From Sphyrna mokarran (lineage: Eukaryota), in contig JAGIQG010000022.1 of assembly GCA_024679065.1 (NCBI GenBank), positions 14,632,001-14,696,000 on the forward strand: a DNA stretch of 64,000 nt. The letters run 5' to 3'. Positions 10,631-24,600 of the stretch are shown here, piece by piece. Both the position numbers and the translations under genes were made by a program. Below the pieces are notes generated by a model. It was not told where the DNA came from. It worked only from the letters and a program-made list of their open reading frames with translations, and did no database searches. Within the stretch, counting starts at the first letter, position 1. The number at the start of each line of letters is the position of its first letter.

Positions 10631-11412
10631 CTGACCTGATTATTTCCAGCATTGTTTTTACTGAGTGATTTCAGATTCCCAGCATCTGAGTATTTTGATA
10701 GGGGGATATTTTGATAGAAACAAGAGATACATGTGGGCAAGTTTTTCACACCGAGAATGGTGGATGCCTGGAACATATTGCCAGAGGAGGTGCTGAAAGC
10801 AGGCACATTAGCAACATTTAAGAGCCATCTAGATGGGTACATGAATAGGGAAGGAATAGAGGGATACTGAATAAGGGTAGAAGAATTTTTTTAGTTTAAT
10901 GAGGGTATCATGATTGGCACAGGCTTGAAGGATCAAAAGGCCTGTTCCTGTGCTGTACTTTTCTTTGTTCTTTGGATGGGTGAGGAGAGATAGAAAAGAA
11001 AACTTTGCAGGTTAAAGAAGAACAGTTGTCAGTAAACCAGATTAATAATTCCTGGGGGCCCCTCCACAGGTTCTCCATACATTAAAATACAAAATATAAA
11101 AGTATTTGTGCAGAGAGACGGCTTATGAAAATGCCGTATTTATATCCTAACCATCTGCAAACTCTGCCTCCAATCCTCTGACACTTATTTAATTACTACA
11201 ATATTCTGATCCATTGATTGTATTTTTCTGCAGTACCCCACACTTGGCTGGGACCCCCAGACATAGGTCTATGAATTAATCCACCCCTTGTGATATGAAT
11301 TATAAGATAAAACTTCAGTCCAAATCAATTTCTAATTTGAAATAAAAGTTTTGAATACTACATCATAGGAATTCATCTAATTCCTGGGCCAAATTATATG
11401 ATTGGAGGGTGG

Positions 11413-11880
11413 TGATTTGATTTGATTTATTATCACGTGTTAATATACAGTAAAAAGTATTGTTTCTTGCATGTTATACAGATATCAAGGAGGAGAGGGT
11501 GCAGAATGTAATGTTACACCCTAGCTATGACTACAGAAGAAGCTGTTCCTGAGTCGGTTGGTACGTGACCTCTCACTTTTGCATCTTTCTCCCAACAGAA
11601 GAATGCAGAAGGTATGCCCGGGGCACGTGGGGTCCCTAATCATGCTAGCTGCTTTTCCGAGGCAGCGGGAAGCGTAGACAGTGTGAATGGATGGAAGGCT
11701 GGTTTGCGTGATGGACTGGGCTTTATTCATGACCCTTTGTAGTTTCTTGCAGTCTTGGGCAGAGCAGGAGCCGTATCAAACTGTGATACAACCAGAAAGA
11801 ATGCTTTCTATGATGCACCTGCAAAAGTTGGTGAGAGTCAGAGCTGACACGTCAAATTTCCTTAATCTTCTAAGAAAGTA
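11413..11880 (-). mobile_element. Rex/Babar-like LINE 3' fragment
   Basis: Reverse-complement similarity to 3170-3643. Confidence 0.75.
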
Positions 11881-12504
11881 GTCTGAGTTTGGCTGTTATC
11901 TGACCAGTTAGTGGCAATACAGTAGTTTTAAATCTGATAAGCAACAGCATTATATCCACAATTTATCACAGGTATGCTTTTTATTTCCGTACATAGTAAC
12001 ACTCATCCACAGGATTCTAGATGTTTTGAATGGGATGGTGAGTTGGATGCATCTCTCCAGCAGCTACCTGCATTGCAGAGAAGTTGCCTTTGAAACCCCT
12101 TGTGTATTAACGTTAGAATTAAACAAGATTGTACTGTACAACATCTTGCATTACTGCAACTGTATAAAATTCTACCACCGTCAATATTTGCATTTGAAAG
12201 GAATTCCTCAGTATAACAGCCGACAATGGAAATCCATAAATGCTACAAGTCTCTTTATTTCAAACACTTAGTCCAAAAAAAAAAGAGTGCATATCTTGGT
12301 CACTTTAAGGTACACGGAGATAAAGAGAGACAAATAATTTCTGTAACAAGCACATCATCTATGCTAATATTGCTAAAAACCACAGGATTCTACAATTGTG
12401 TTAAGGGATAAAAGGTCAAACAGTAGAAACTTCATAAATACATGAATCTTCTGAATACATCGACACCAGACAGGAAAAAGGACATTTCATTCTTAAGTAC
12501 AAAG

Positions 12505-12510
12505 TTTATT
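12505..12510 (-). terminator. Candidate EXO5 poly(A) signal
   Basis: AATAAA on the - strand followed by a U/GU-rich tract. Other candidates exist nearby (e.g. ~12254). Confidence 0.3.
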
Positions 12511-15209
12511 ACTTTTGATTGCATAAAAACAAGTGCAGATTAAGCCAAAGTATATATTAAACACTCCCAACTAAAAAAAAGGAATGGATATAAAACATAT
12601 TAGCAGAGATTGCTTAAAGAATTAAACCATGAAAAAAGTATCAGTGCAATATGTGTAAGTAGTGCATTGAGCTGTACAGCTAGAACCATGAATTTTATTT
12701 TAAATATATTGTAATATCTAGCTTATTAAGGATAGATAATCCTTGAATTACATTATGGGATGCTGCTTTATGTTTTCCTATGAAATTCCTATCCTGCCAT
12801 TTAAAATGAATTGTTGTATTGGAATATTGGAGAAATGAATTTTGCAAGAACACATTATGCATGTTAATGTTGTATGGTGTAACTATAAAGCCTCAATCTT
12901 TCTTTCAAGATAGCTCAACCATGTTTCTCTTGAAGAGCCTTCCTTTCATTCAGCTACTACTCAACCCCTTCCTTTGCTTTTTTTATTCCTGTTTGTAATT
13001 CTGCAATCTGCATTACCTCCCAGAGACAGATGATTTCCTCCGAGAATTTTCTTTGCTGATTTCCTACCACCCACTTAAAGATGTCCACTCGTAGCCATGG
13101 GGCAACAATTTTTCCAATTCTTCTGACTCTTTTGAGATGGCCATTGATGGAAACTCAATCACGAAAATTTGTGTATCATAGAATCCTACAATGCAGTAAG
13201 AGCCCATTCAGCCCACTAAGTCAATTCCACTCAAGCCCTATCCTCATAGCCCCACGCCTTTACCTCAGCTAGTTCCCCTGACACTAAGGGGCAATTTAGC
13301 ATGGACAATCCACCTTAGTCACAGATCTTTCACTGTAGGAGGAAATCCATGCAGACACAGGGAGAACATGCAGACTCCACATATAGACAGCGACCCAAGC
13401 CACAAATCGAACTCAGGTCCCTGGTGCTGAGAGACAGTAGTGCAAACCACTTTGCCACCATGCTGCCCTGTAAAATAACCCTGTGGAGATGCCAGGGATT
13501 GAACCAAGGGCCTCGTAAAATGGCATCACAGGCTGGTGCCCCAACACATGGTAGGACAGAGCACAGCTTGAAAAGGTTTGTTTGACCACGTACAATAGAA
13601 ATCTGCTGAGTCGAGCTCCATAGTGAACTAGCATCGATTGAGAGGTTAAATGAGACCCAATGGGTATTCCTGAAGCATTCTGCCTTAAAGGTAATTTTCT
13701 AGAACGGCTCAATAAATTTAAACAATCACATCAGGAAAACCCCAAATTCAATTCTCCAAAGTGTGTGCCGTTCACTTATTGACTTCATCCAGAGGGAAGC
13801 TGAATACAGATGAGACTGACAGGGCTGAATTTACTAAGGTTTTGGCCACTTGCTGACCCCAGCAGGTAGATATTGAGTGGCAAAAAGCATACTGCACGTG
13901 TGACACCCCACTCCAACGTCACAGCTCACATGTGAATCATGGCTATTTAGATTAGCTATCCAAATAGTCAATTCCTTCAAAAGAGGGAAGGGAAAGGGGG
14001 TGGGGAGGATGAAGAGTGGGACGGCAGGTTAAAAAAGCACTTTCCTTGCTGCTTCTAATTATGGTTTCTTTAATATCAAGAGATAATGTGGATAATATTA
14101 AGAATGCTTATGTGGTACATAATTCTGTTAGACAGTAAAGAGTTTCATAAAGAGAAATTTGGCAAGCTTTGTAGTGGATCACCAATTTCGAGTATAATCA
14201 GTACATCACAAAATTATATCTCACTTTATAACAGTCGCCATACATCAAAATACATCACTGCTGTAAAGCACATTGACCATCCTGCAGCAGTGAAAGGCAT
14301 TGGAGTCACACAAGTCCATTTAAAAAAAAAAATCACAATACACACAGTGCAAAAAGAAGCCATTTGGCCCATCGAGTCTGCACCAACTCCCCCAAAGAGC
14401 ACCCACCCAGACCATCCTGATTTTCACAGTAACTTCATTGTAGTGTTAATATAAGCCTACTTGTGACACTAATAAATAAACTTTAAACTCTACCCTACAC
14501 TTGTAATCCCTGCGTGTTTACCATGGCTTATCCACCTAACCGACACATTTTGAGACACTTGGGGGAAAACTTAACATAGCCAACCCACCTAACCTGCATA
14601 TCTTTTTGGACTGTGGGAGGAAACTGCAGCACCCGGAGGAAACGTTTGTATACATGGGGAGAACGTGCAGACTCGACACAGACAGTTACCCAAGATCAGA
14701 TTCAAATTCAGGTCCCCGGTGCTCAGGCAGCAGTGCTATCCACTGTGCCATCCACCATTTTCTTTTATATCAACTAATTAAGGTCAGGGATTTGTACAAA
14801 GTATGAATGGCAAAATTTTCATTTCAGAATAAATGGCCAAATTTCAACAGATACTGCAGGATACACTGGCTTGGTATAAATCTCATCAGCTAGCAATCAC
14901 ATCTGTTCGAAATACCACAAAAAGTTTACTAGTCAGTATCAGTAAAATTAGACATGTCCAAAAGTACATTGATTCAATGCAACCAGAAACTGCTTTCCAG
15001 GACAGGGAGACAATAGTAAGGTATTAAAACAAATCCTCTCTGCAGCAAGATTTCTTGTACGATATTTGAGAGTCACACTGCAGCTGGCACGCTGCCATTA
15101 TGAAAAGGCATTCGGATGTTACTGAGTTTACAATCTAGTGTGGATCCCTGCCTGTGCCATGCTTCCAGTCACCAAGATTATTTGGTGGTCCCTGTTTAAA
15201 ATCCACAAG

Positions 15210-15680
15210 TTAATTACAGTCCTTATTTGCTCGATTCTTTTGTGTGGCTTCTTCAGCTTTACTCTGTCTCCATTCACAAATGTCTGCAAAGTCACAGTAC
15301 CGACATTTCCATGCCTCCTCAATATCCACGCCCCTGGCCTCCCTGTGGCCCTTCCAGAAGGAGCAATAATGCTGCAGCTCTCTTTTAACCCACTCCTCTT
15401 CAAAGGGCACTACTTCTGTTCCGATCATAGAGGCGTCTGCTTGGTAACAGTATTCGATCTTCAGGGTGTCGACGCTGGGGATCTCCGCGTACATCAGGTT
15501 TAGCACCACTAAATCCAGAAGATCGCCAAATGTGCTTACCGTATATCCCACACTCCGAGCGTGCGTGAGCACTTCTGACCCAAAAGGCTGCTCTGTCCGT
15601 AAGTGGAGGTGGTGAGTGATAGTGTCCTTCTTCAGCTGGCCTTTGATCATCGCCTCAAAAAGAAGTTTGTATATGCTAAC
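15210..15680 (-). CDS. EXO5: EXO5 last coding exon
   Basis: ccttttattaccAG acceptor; encodes VSIYKLLF...[17 protein letters not shown], then stop. Confidence 0.95.
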   Translation of the reverse strand, partial: VSIYKLLFEAMIKGQLKKDTITHHLHLRTEQPFGSEVLTHARSVGYTVSTFGDLLDLVVLNLMYAEIPSVDTLKIEYCYQADASMIGTEVVPFEEEWVKRELQHYCSFWKGHREARGVDIEEAWKCRYCDFADICEWRQSKAEEATQKNRANKDCN

Positions 15681-18600
15681 CTGGTAATAAAAGGGATTAG
15701 ATCTTACTAAATGAAACAGCACAGAGACAAGTCACTCCGACATCTGTTTGCTATTCATTTCACACTCAAGGACATCACTAGTTCCTTGGTTTGTGGCATA
15801 GATTGTGCCTGGACTACAAAGCAAGAAAAGTTACAGCAGCAACACAACTTCTCCCCAAGTGGATTACAGTAAGATCTTTTGCCAAGACATTTTAATCATT
15901 TAATGTACCTGAACTAATTTAAACAGAACTTAATAAATACTACTGTTTAAATATCGAGTTCTAACATTGAAACATCTCCAAGGACAACATTTTATAAAGT
16001 GCTAGAACTGAGAGGTAGAGAGGTAGAGAGTCATTTTGCAGTTGCAGTGTTCCAAACATTAATGGGGAAATTGTCTGAGGGAGTAATATTAATGAAGTGG
16101 ATCAAAAATGAAGCAGTGTTTCAATCAGATGTATTCAGGAACACAACCGACATTCCTACAGACTTAGAGAGAAACAAAGTCACCTATTTCAAATATGTGC
16201 TATGCAAAATCATAGCATCATTACGGTACAGAAGGAGGCCATTCAGCCCATTGAGTCCACACCAACCAGAATCACAGCCAGACCCTATTCCCATAACCCC
16301 ACATATTTACCCTGCTAATCCTCTCACACTAGGATCAATTTAACATAGCCAATCAACCAAACCCACACACCTTTGGACTACAGACAGTGAGAACATGCAG
16401 ACTCCACACAGACAGTCGCCCAAGACTGGAATTGAACCCAAGTTCCTGGCTCTGTGAAGCTGATTCAGTTATATGTGTAATAGATAATTATTTTCAAATT
16501 AAAGTATCATTTAAATCCAACAAGTTCTAAGAAAACACTTGATGAATAACAATCAATCCCGAGTAGTTATCAATAGAAGAATCATAGAATCCCTACAGTG
16601 CAGAAGGAGGCCATCAAATTTGCACCAACAACAATCCCACCCAGGCCCTATCCCTGTAACCCTGTGTATTTACCCTGCTAGTCCCCCATCACTGAGGGGC
16701 AATTTAGCATAGCCAGTGCACCTAACACACACATTTGGAATCAAACCCAGATCCCTGGTGCTGTGAGGCAGCAATGTGGACATCTGTGCCACTGCTGCCC
16801 AGAGATGGCTAACAGGAAACAGTTGGCATAAATAGGCAATTTTCTGGTTGGCAAGATGTAACAAGGGGTGCACCAAGGGATCATTACTGGAGTCTCAACA
16901 TCTTACAATTTATAAAAATGACTTGGATGACAGGACTGAAGGTATGGTGCAGATTGGTAGGAAAGCAAGATGTGATGAGGACATCAGGAGGTTACAAAAG
17001 GATATAGATAGGTTAAGTGAATGGGCTAAGATTTAGCAAATGAAGTATAGAGTCAGAATTCCTACAGTGCAGAAATAGGCCATTCGGCCCATGAAACCTG
17101 TACCAACAATCCCACCCAGCCCAATCCCCATAACCCTGCATATCTATCCTGTCCATCCTCCTGACACTAAGGGGAAATTTTATCATTTAATGTGACTAAA
17201 CGTGATTTAAACAGAATACAACAGCACCAAAAAATAAATTCTGTTGTTTAAACAGCGAGTTCTGTCATTGAAACATCTGAGAGGACAACCTTTTGCAAAG
17301 TGCTAGAATGGTGCAGTAGAGGGGTACACAGTCATTCTGCAGCGGCAGTGTCCTAATTCATCAACAGCACCAACCACGAAAATCCCCTCCAGCTCTCCAA
17401 ACACAGGCAATTCTCATACACACTTTACTGTACCACACACAACCATATCACTTCTTTAGACATACCATACAGCTGAATGGTCAGTCACATCACACTAAAG
17501 CAGGTAATTAGAGAGAGTTTAGCATGGCCAATGCACCTAACCCATACATTTTAGCAAGCTGAATGGAATTTATATACAAAGATAGAATGCAAGTAGAGAT
17601 TAGAAAGAAATAACTGTATATTTAAAGGTTATTTATAAAAAAATACTTCATAAGATATTTTCATAGTTTTCCTTTCAAGGGTTTAAATAATATTTTCTTA
17701 ATATATTATACTATAGAATGTTGTAGGATAGCCTGATCAGAGAATTTATCAAACAATTAAGAAATCTAAAATGGAAGGTGATGCCATTTTTGAAGAATGA
17801 TCTAGAAGCAATAGGATACTTTCTAGTTGTTAAATTAATAAAGTTCTGAATTTATGGATACTTAAAATATCTTCCAGCATGCTCATTTACATTTCCTTGT
17901 CCAATTCCATCACTCCTCCCTACCCTCAGAGTAGAAATCTCTGCTGACTCTTTCCTCAGCTCTGACGAAAGGTCATCCAGCCTCAAAAGGTTGGCACTAT
18001 TCTCTCTGCACAGACGATGTCAGACCAGCTAAGATTTTTCAGCAATTTTGTTTTTGTTCCAGATTCCAGCATCCACAATATTTTGCGTTTACATTACAGT
18101 AGAGTTCTTCTATTTGTTATCTGGAGGACATTACTGAACATTTATTTAAATAAATGAATTCACTTTCAAGGGTGCAGGAAGTTGGGAATCATCATATGTT
18201 GATCTAACATTGTGGATCTCATGCTGGGATGTAGTAGATTCTGGAGAATCTGTAAGAAAATGAGAGGCAACCGAAGGGAAGCTTGGACATTGGAGTGGAG
18301 CAATGGCCACCTATGCCATGCAGGGAGGGCTGGTTGTCTCATCTAGAAATGAGCATGCATGAAGGAACATGGAGAGTAGCAACAAGTTCACAAGATAGAC
18401 CTGTAGAAAACAAAGCTGTTGGGAGGCATCAGCCCTGCTCAAGAAAGGGGAACATATTAAAAAATTTAAATAGGAACAGGTGGCTTATTGATATCCACAA
18501 GCAAGATGTCTGAGACCCAAACATCTTTGGCTACTTTATCATCAAGTACTACTTAACTTCAACAAGTCAGAATTTAACCAGCATCCACAGACCTTAAATT

Positions 18601-21600
18601 ACATTACCGTTGCTGAATCCACCACTATCAATATTGTAGGAGTTATCATTGACCAGCAACTAAGTATAAATACTGTGGCTACAAGAGCAGGCCAGAGACA
18701 ATGAATTGTGTGGTGCATTACTCACTTCCTGATTCTCCAAAGTCTATTCAATATCTACACGGTACCATCAGGAGTGGGACAGAAACTCTCCTTTTACCTG
18801 GATGAGTGCGACTCCAATAACACAAGAAACTCAACATCAACCTGGTCAAAACAACCCACTTCATTGACACCCTAGTCACAAACATTCACTCCCTCCACCA
18901 CTGATGAGCAACAGCAACAGTGTGCATCATCTACAAGATACACTGCAGGAACTTATCAAGGCTCCTTATGCAATGCCTTCCAAACCCATAACACCTACCA
19001 TCTAAAAAGGACAAGGGCAGCAGATACATAGGAACACTATCGCCTGAAAGTTTCCCTCCAAGTTACTTACCACTCTGACTTGGAAATACATCATTGTTAT
19101 TTCATTGGTCAAAATCCTGGAACTCCCCACTGAACAGTAAGGCGGGTGTACCTATACCTCAGGGACTGCAGTGGTTCACGAAGGCAGTTCACCACCATCT
19201 TCTCAAAGGCAATGGGGATGGAAAATAAACACTGGCCTAGCCAGCAACACCCATATCCCATAAATTAATTTTTTAAAATCCTGCTTTCTTAAAAGCATTT
19301 TAAAATACTCTACATGCACAACTTGTATAATAATTCATAATTTAGATGATAGACCATAACTATCTATACTTTTAAAAATAGGTCCTTCAACCAAAAGATT
19401 TAAAAATAGAGGTCAAATCAACAGGCTTTGGACAGCACAGTGCTTAACACGGTTGCCTCACATCACCAGGGATCCAGGTTCAATTCCAGCCTCAGGTCAC
19501 TGCCTGTGTGGAGTTTGCACATTCTCCCCATGTCTGCATGGGTTTCCTCCCACAGTCTAAAGATGTGCAGATTAAGTTGATTGGTCATGCTAAATTGACA
19601 CTAGTGTCAGGGGAACTGTCGGTGCAAATGTGTAGTGTTCAGGAATAGAGCCTGGGTGAGATTGTGGTTGGTGCAGACTCAATGGGCTGAACAGCCTCCT
19701 TCTGCACTGTAGGGATTCTATGATTCAAAACTAGGAGGAGGATAGACTGGAACCAAAAGCAGCAATAAGTAGAGACCTTTGTTTTGAAAGTAGCCCCAAG
19801 ATTTTCAATATCCAAATGAACTACTGGTCTTGGCAGACAGCACTTCATTTGACATCTCATCTGATGCTTCCTACAGTAACACAGAAAGTTGCATGCTGGA
19901 CCTGTCTGAGGATTTGACTCCTGATGGGGAGAGAACTGCCAAATAAGCTAAAAGAGAAAAGTCTGTGAAAATACTCCTGCAACATTAACTTAAAATCCGA
20001 GCTGAAATGCAGCCAATTCAAGAACAGCTTCTTCCCTACTGCCATCAGACTTTTAAATAGAAAAACCTCATTAAGTTGATCGTTCTCTATACCCTAGCTG
20101 TAACTGGAACACTGTTTTGCACTTTGTCCTTTCTTCTTCATTATATTATGCTTTGTCTGTATGACGTGCAAGAAACAATACTTTTCACTGTATACGGGAT
20201 AGGATAAATGCAGGAAGGATGTTCCTGATGGTGGGGGTGTACAGAAACAAGGGTCATAGCCTGAGATTTAGGACAGATACGGGGGGACATTTCTCATGGG
20301 TGAGCCTGTGGAATTCATTACCACAGGAAGTAGTTGATGCCAAAACATTGAATGTATTCAACAGACAGCTAAATGTAGTACGTGGGGCAAATGAGATCAA
20401 AGGTTATGGGGAGAAAGCAAGATTAGGCTATTGAGTTGGACGATCAGTCATGATGGTGATAAGTGGCGGAGCAGGCTCGAAGGGCCAAATTACCTCCTCC
20501 TGCTCCAATCTTTTATGTTTCTATATTAATACGTATGACAATAATAAACCAAATTAAATCAAACGGCTCTATGAACATTGTTGGACTATAGAGTCAGTGT
20601 TGCACCCATATGATCCTACCGTGCAGTGGTACTAAATGTGATATACACATTACCAATGCAACAGGTTGTGTTCGTCCAATGAGGTTTGAGAATGATCATC
20701 TTTCTTCCAAATGATAGAGAAATTTTCGTAACAGTTTAATGTCAATATTTTAAAAAGTCAGTCATTGAAAACTGATTCATTTCAAATGATTCTTTTTCAG
20801 AGACTTACTTGTAAGTGATGACTTTTTCTTTGGGCTGCACTGGGATATGTTCGATTGCCGCGAGTTTTGAGTTCACGCAATTCCAGTTCTCCTTTGGAAT
20901 TATAGCACAGTTCATCAACAACACCAACCATGAAAATCCCCTCCAGCTCTCCAAACACCGGCAACTCCCGTACACGATCTCCTGTACAACGCACAACCAC
21001 ATCTCTTCTTTAGACACACCATACAGCTGAACAGTCAATCACAACATCATTCATTACTAAAGCAGGCATCTGTCCCCACTACTCAAATCCAAATGCCTTT
21101 CAGTTACATTCAGATCTGACCAGACTGCTCTGACCTGGACCATGGCAAAACTTGCCATATTCTGAAAAAGCTAACACAACAACTTAAAAAAACTCTCCAT
21201 CCAGTAGGTCAGGCAAATTGAAATGATACCAAACTTGGAAGCATTATAAACTGTGAGAAGAACTGTAAGAGCTTCAAAAGGGCATAAATAGATTGGTGGA
21301 GCGTACAGATTTGTGGCAGATGAGGTTCAATGCAGAAAAATATGAGATGATGCATTTTGGTAGGAAGAACATGGAGAGACAAATATTGTTAGGAATGGGT
21401 TAACAGTTACCTTCCACTTAAGTTCTGAATTGGATGTTAATCATTTAATAGAAGTCACTAGGAAATATGAAGAGGTTACAGGTGGCATTGGGAAGAATTG
21501 CACGTGGCGTTGACTTAGAAATAAAGGTAGTTTATGAAGAAGCAGAATTTGTGTCTCTTTACTGAGCTGCTACTGAGAGACTAACGATTACAAAATAAGC

Positions 21601-24600
21601 GGTACAATTATTTGGGGGAGTGTATTAATAGAGGCATTTAGTACAAGAGCACGGAGGTTATGCTGGACTTATTCAAGATACTAATTAGACCTCAGTGGAG
21701 TATTGTGAACAGTTCTGAGTGCCAACATTATAGGAAAGATGTGAATGCACTGAAGAGAATGATGAAAAATTCACAAGGATGGTTCTAGAAATAAGAAACT
21801 TCGGTTATCAGGATAGAATGGACAGGTTCTCCTTGGAGAGCAGAAGGCTGAGAGGAGATTTGGTAGAGATGTTCAAAATTATAAAAGGGAAGTTGCTGGA
21901 CAGAGTAGATAAGGAGAAACTGTTCTAGCTCGTAAAAGTATCAATAATAAGGGGGCACAGATTTAAAATGATTTGCAAAAGAAGCAAATGGACTGAGAAA
22001 AAATTTTTTCACAGTGAGTGGTTGAGGTCTGGAATGCACGGCCTGGAAGTGTGGTGGAGGTGCGTTCAATCCAGGTATTCAAGAGGGCATTAGAAACACA
22101 ACGTGCAAGGATACAGGGAGAAGGCACTCACAAATGGCAGTAAGTCATAATGCTCATTTGGAGAGCTGGTGCAGATATGATGGGCCGAATGGCCTTCCTT
22201 TGCACCATAACGATTCTGCCATGCAACAAAGCAAATCTCCTAGCTGGAGGAGTCTGAGATGCTTTGTGGCAAAAAAATTGCAGAAGATAGTAAAATATTT
22301 TATGATTTGCCCGTGCCTTTTACATACCTGCTTGCAGGAATTGGATCATTGAGAGAAGATTGAGCATCTTTACTGCCCAGTTATCTTCCCGGCTCTCTAC
22401 ATTTATTGGAACAATGTCTTGGACCTCCAACTCTAAAACAGTAGAGGCGTAAATACATTTTAATCAGAATGCGTCCCCAACACTGCATACACACTTTGCA
22501 ACAGAACAGCCAGTGCCATGTGAATTAAACTGGATAGATATGGGAGACTTCAAGCCGAGTGCTAGAAAAGTGTGAAAAGTAACTACTTTACTTTAAAGGC
22601 AGGGATTTTAATCCTAGCTCACTTCATTCAGCAATGAAACAGTGCTGGTTCTTAAACTGTTGTCAGGTTCAGGTAAGCCTCAGCAGCAGCCTTCCAAGCC
22701 ATCAGTTAAAAGATAGTAAAATGAAAGTGAGTAAATACATAGTTAGATACTGCTGGCAAAACAGGCTGGAAAATAGGCACAAATAGACAGCATTGCATTT
22801 TGTTGGGTTGTAACCCACAAGCCAATATTAACCATCAAGGCTTGGAAACAAACAGCACCCTCAACATGCTACTGCCTCAAAGCACAGAAAAGAAAAAAGA
22901 AAAACACAAAAAAGAAGAAACCCCATGTATGAGTTGTGTACCTAGGAAAACCACAAGGAGGACAAGGGAGGATATAAGGAATACTCCTAACTTTAAATCT
23001 AATGAGGGTATTCAGTCAACACTTCAGTAGCCTTTGAACTTGATGTTAACACCAATTGGTACAAGCTCATAAGATTAAAAACCTTTGCTGATAGCAGAAC
23101 ACACTTTTTGAACTCAGTTGGGAATTAAAAGTGACACTTGCAAATCTGGAGAGTATATTTGTGGAGCTTGATTTTTTTTGAAACAATGTAATGGTGCTGG
23201 TAAAAGTTAGCAATTTATTGATGTGGGAGTACAGGAACACATTATCTGTCCTTCCCAATCTAATTTTTAAAGAGATTTTACTGCTTTATTGACTCTGTGA
23301 CACTAGCTAGCTCTTGTCTAGATGGGAAATTACAGGCAATGGAGTGTTCTAGGACTGGCTTTTAGGAACTGTGCATGAATGACATTTCATAGAGTCCCTA
23401 CAGTGCAAAAAGAGGTCACTCTGGCCCATCAGATCTGTACCAACCACAATCCCACACTGGCCCTCTTCCTGCAACCCCACATATTTACCCTAATCCCCCT
23501 GATACTAGGGTCAATTTGACCAATCAACCTAACCTGCACATTTTTGGACTGTGGGAGGAAACTGGAGCACCCAGTGAAAACCCATTTGCTCCAATTAGAT
23601 TTTTATTTCCTTGTGGAAAGCACTGGTTTACCAAAGGAGCTGTGATCTAAAAAGCACAGAAAGCATTAAACTGAACAAACAGCACAAACAATCCATGTGG
23701 GTGTTTATATTCCACTCCAGCCTCCTTCCAAATTTCTTCAAAATCCTCTAATCACTTTTCCTTCATGTGCTTAGCCTCCCTTTAAATGCATCTGTACTGT
23801 ACAGTTCAACTATTCACTCGAGTTTATTTATTTGTCACAAATAAAGCTTACATTAACACCGCAATGAAGTTACTGTGAAAATCCCCTAGTCGCCACACTA
23901 TGACATCTGTATGGACCAATCCATCCTAACCAGCACATCTTTCAAACTGTGGGAGGAAACCAGAGCTCCTGAACGAAACAGACACGGGAGAATGTGCAAA
24001 CTCCATACAGACAGTGACCCAAGCCAGAATCGAACCCAGGCTCCTGGCACTGTGTGTTTCATCCCACGTGATGAAACACTATGTCTGTATCTACTCGACA
24101 AAAACCATTCATAAATTTGAAGGTCATACTTCAACCTTCTCCCCATTCAGAATGTGAAAGTATTGGTACAGATCTGTATTTTGGTATCACGCAGTTTCTG
24201 GTTACTTCACCATGTTGCTGGACCACAAGCAATGTTTCATTCTGATGTAATAAGTTACCTCTTGCCAAGTGTAGGCAGCTACCAGCTTTCACAACTGGAA
24301 TGTCTTCTCGTAGTTCTTTAATATGTGGTAGTTCCGCCCCATAAACCACTTGCCGCTCGCACCAAGCCTGCCGACTCAAGTCAGTGACAGTCAGGTACTT
24401 CCATCCAAACCGCTCAAGTGGAATCCTTCCATCCTGCTTTCTCTTTTTGGTGCTGCTGCCTTCACAGAGTGTGTCATCTCCCTGCTCCGAGGTGTTTGGC
24501 TGATTGAGGGATTGCTCATTTCCACTGAGGGGAAAAAAAAAAAACAGTTGTTTGCCCAATTTCCAATCAAGCCAAGGATAGCGCAGCCACCAATTTCTCC

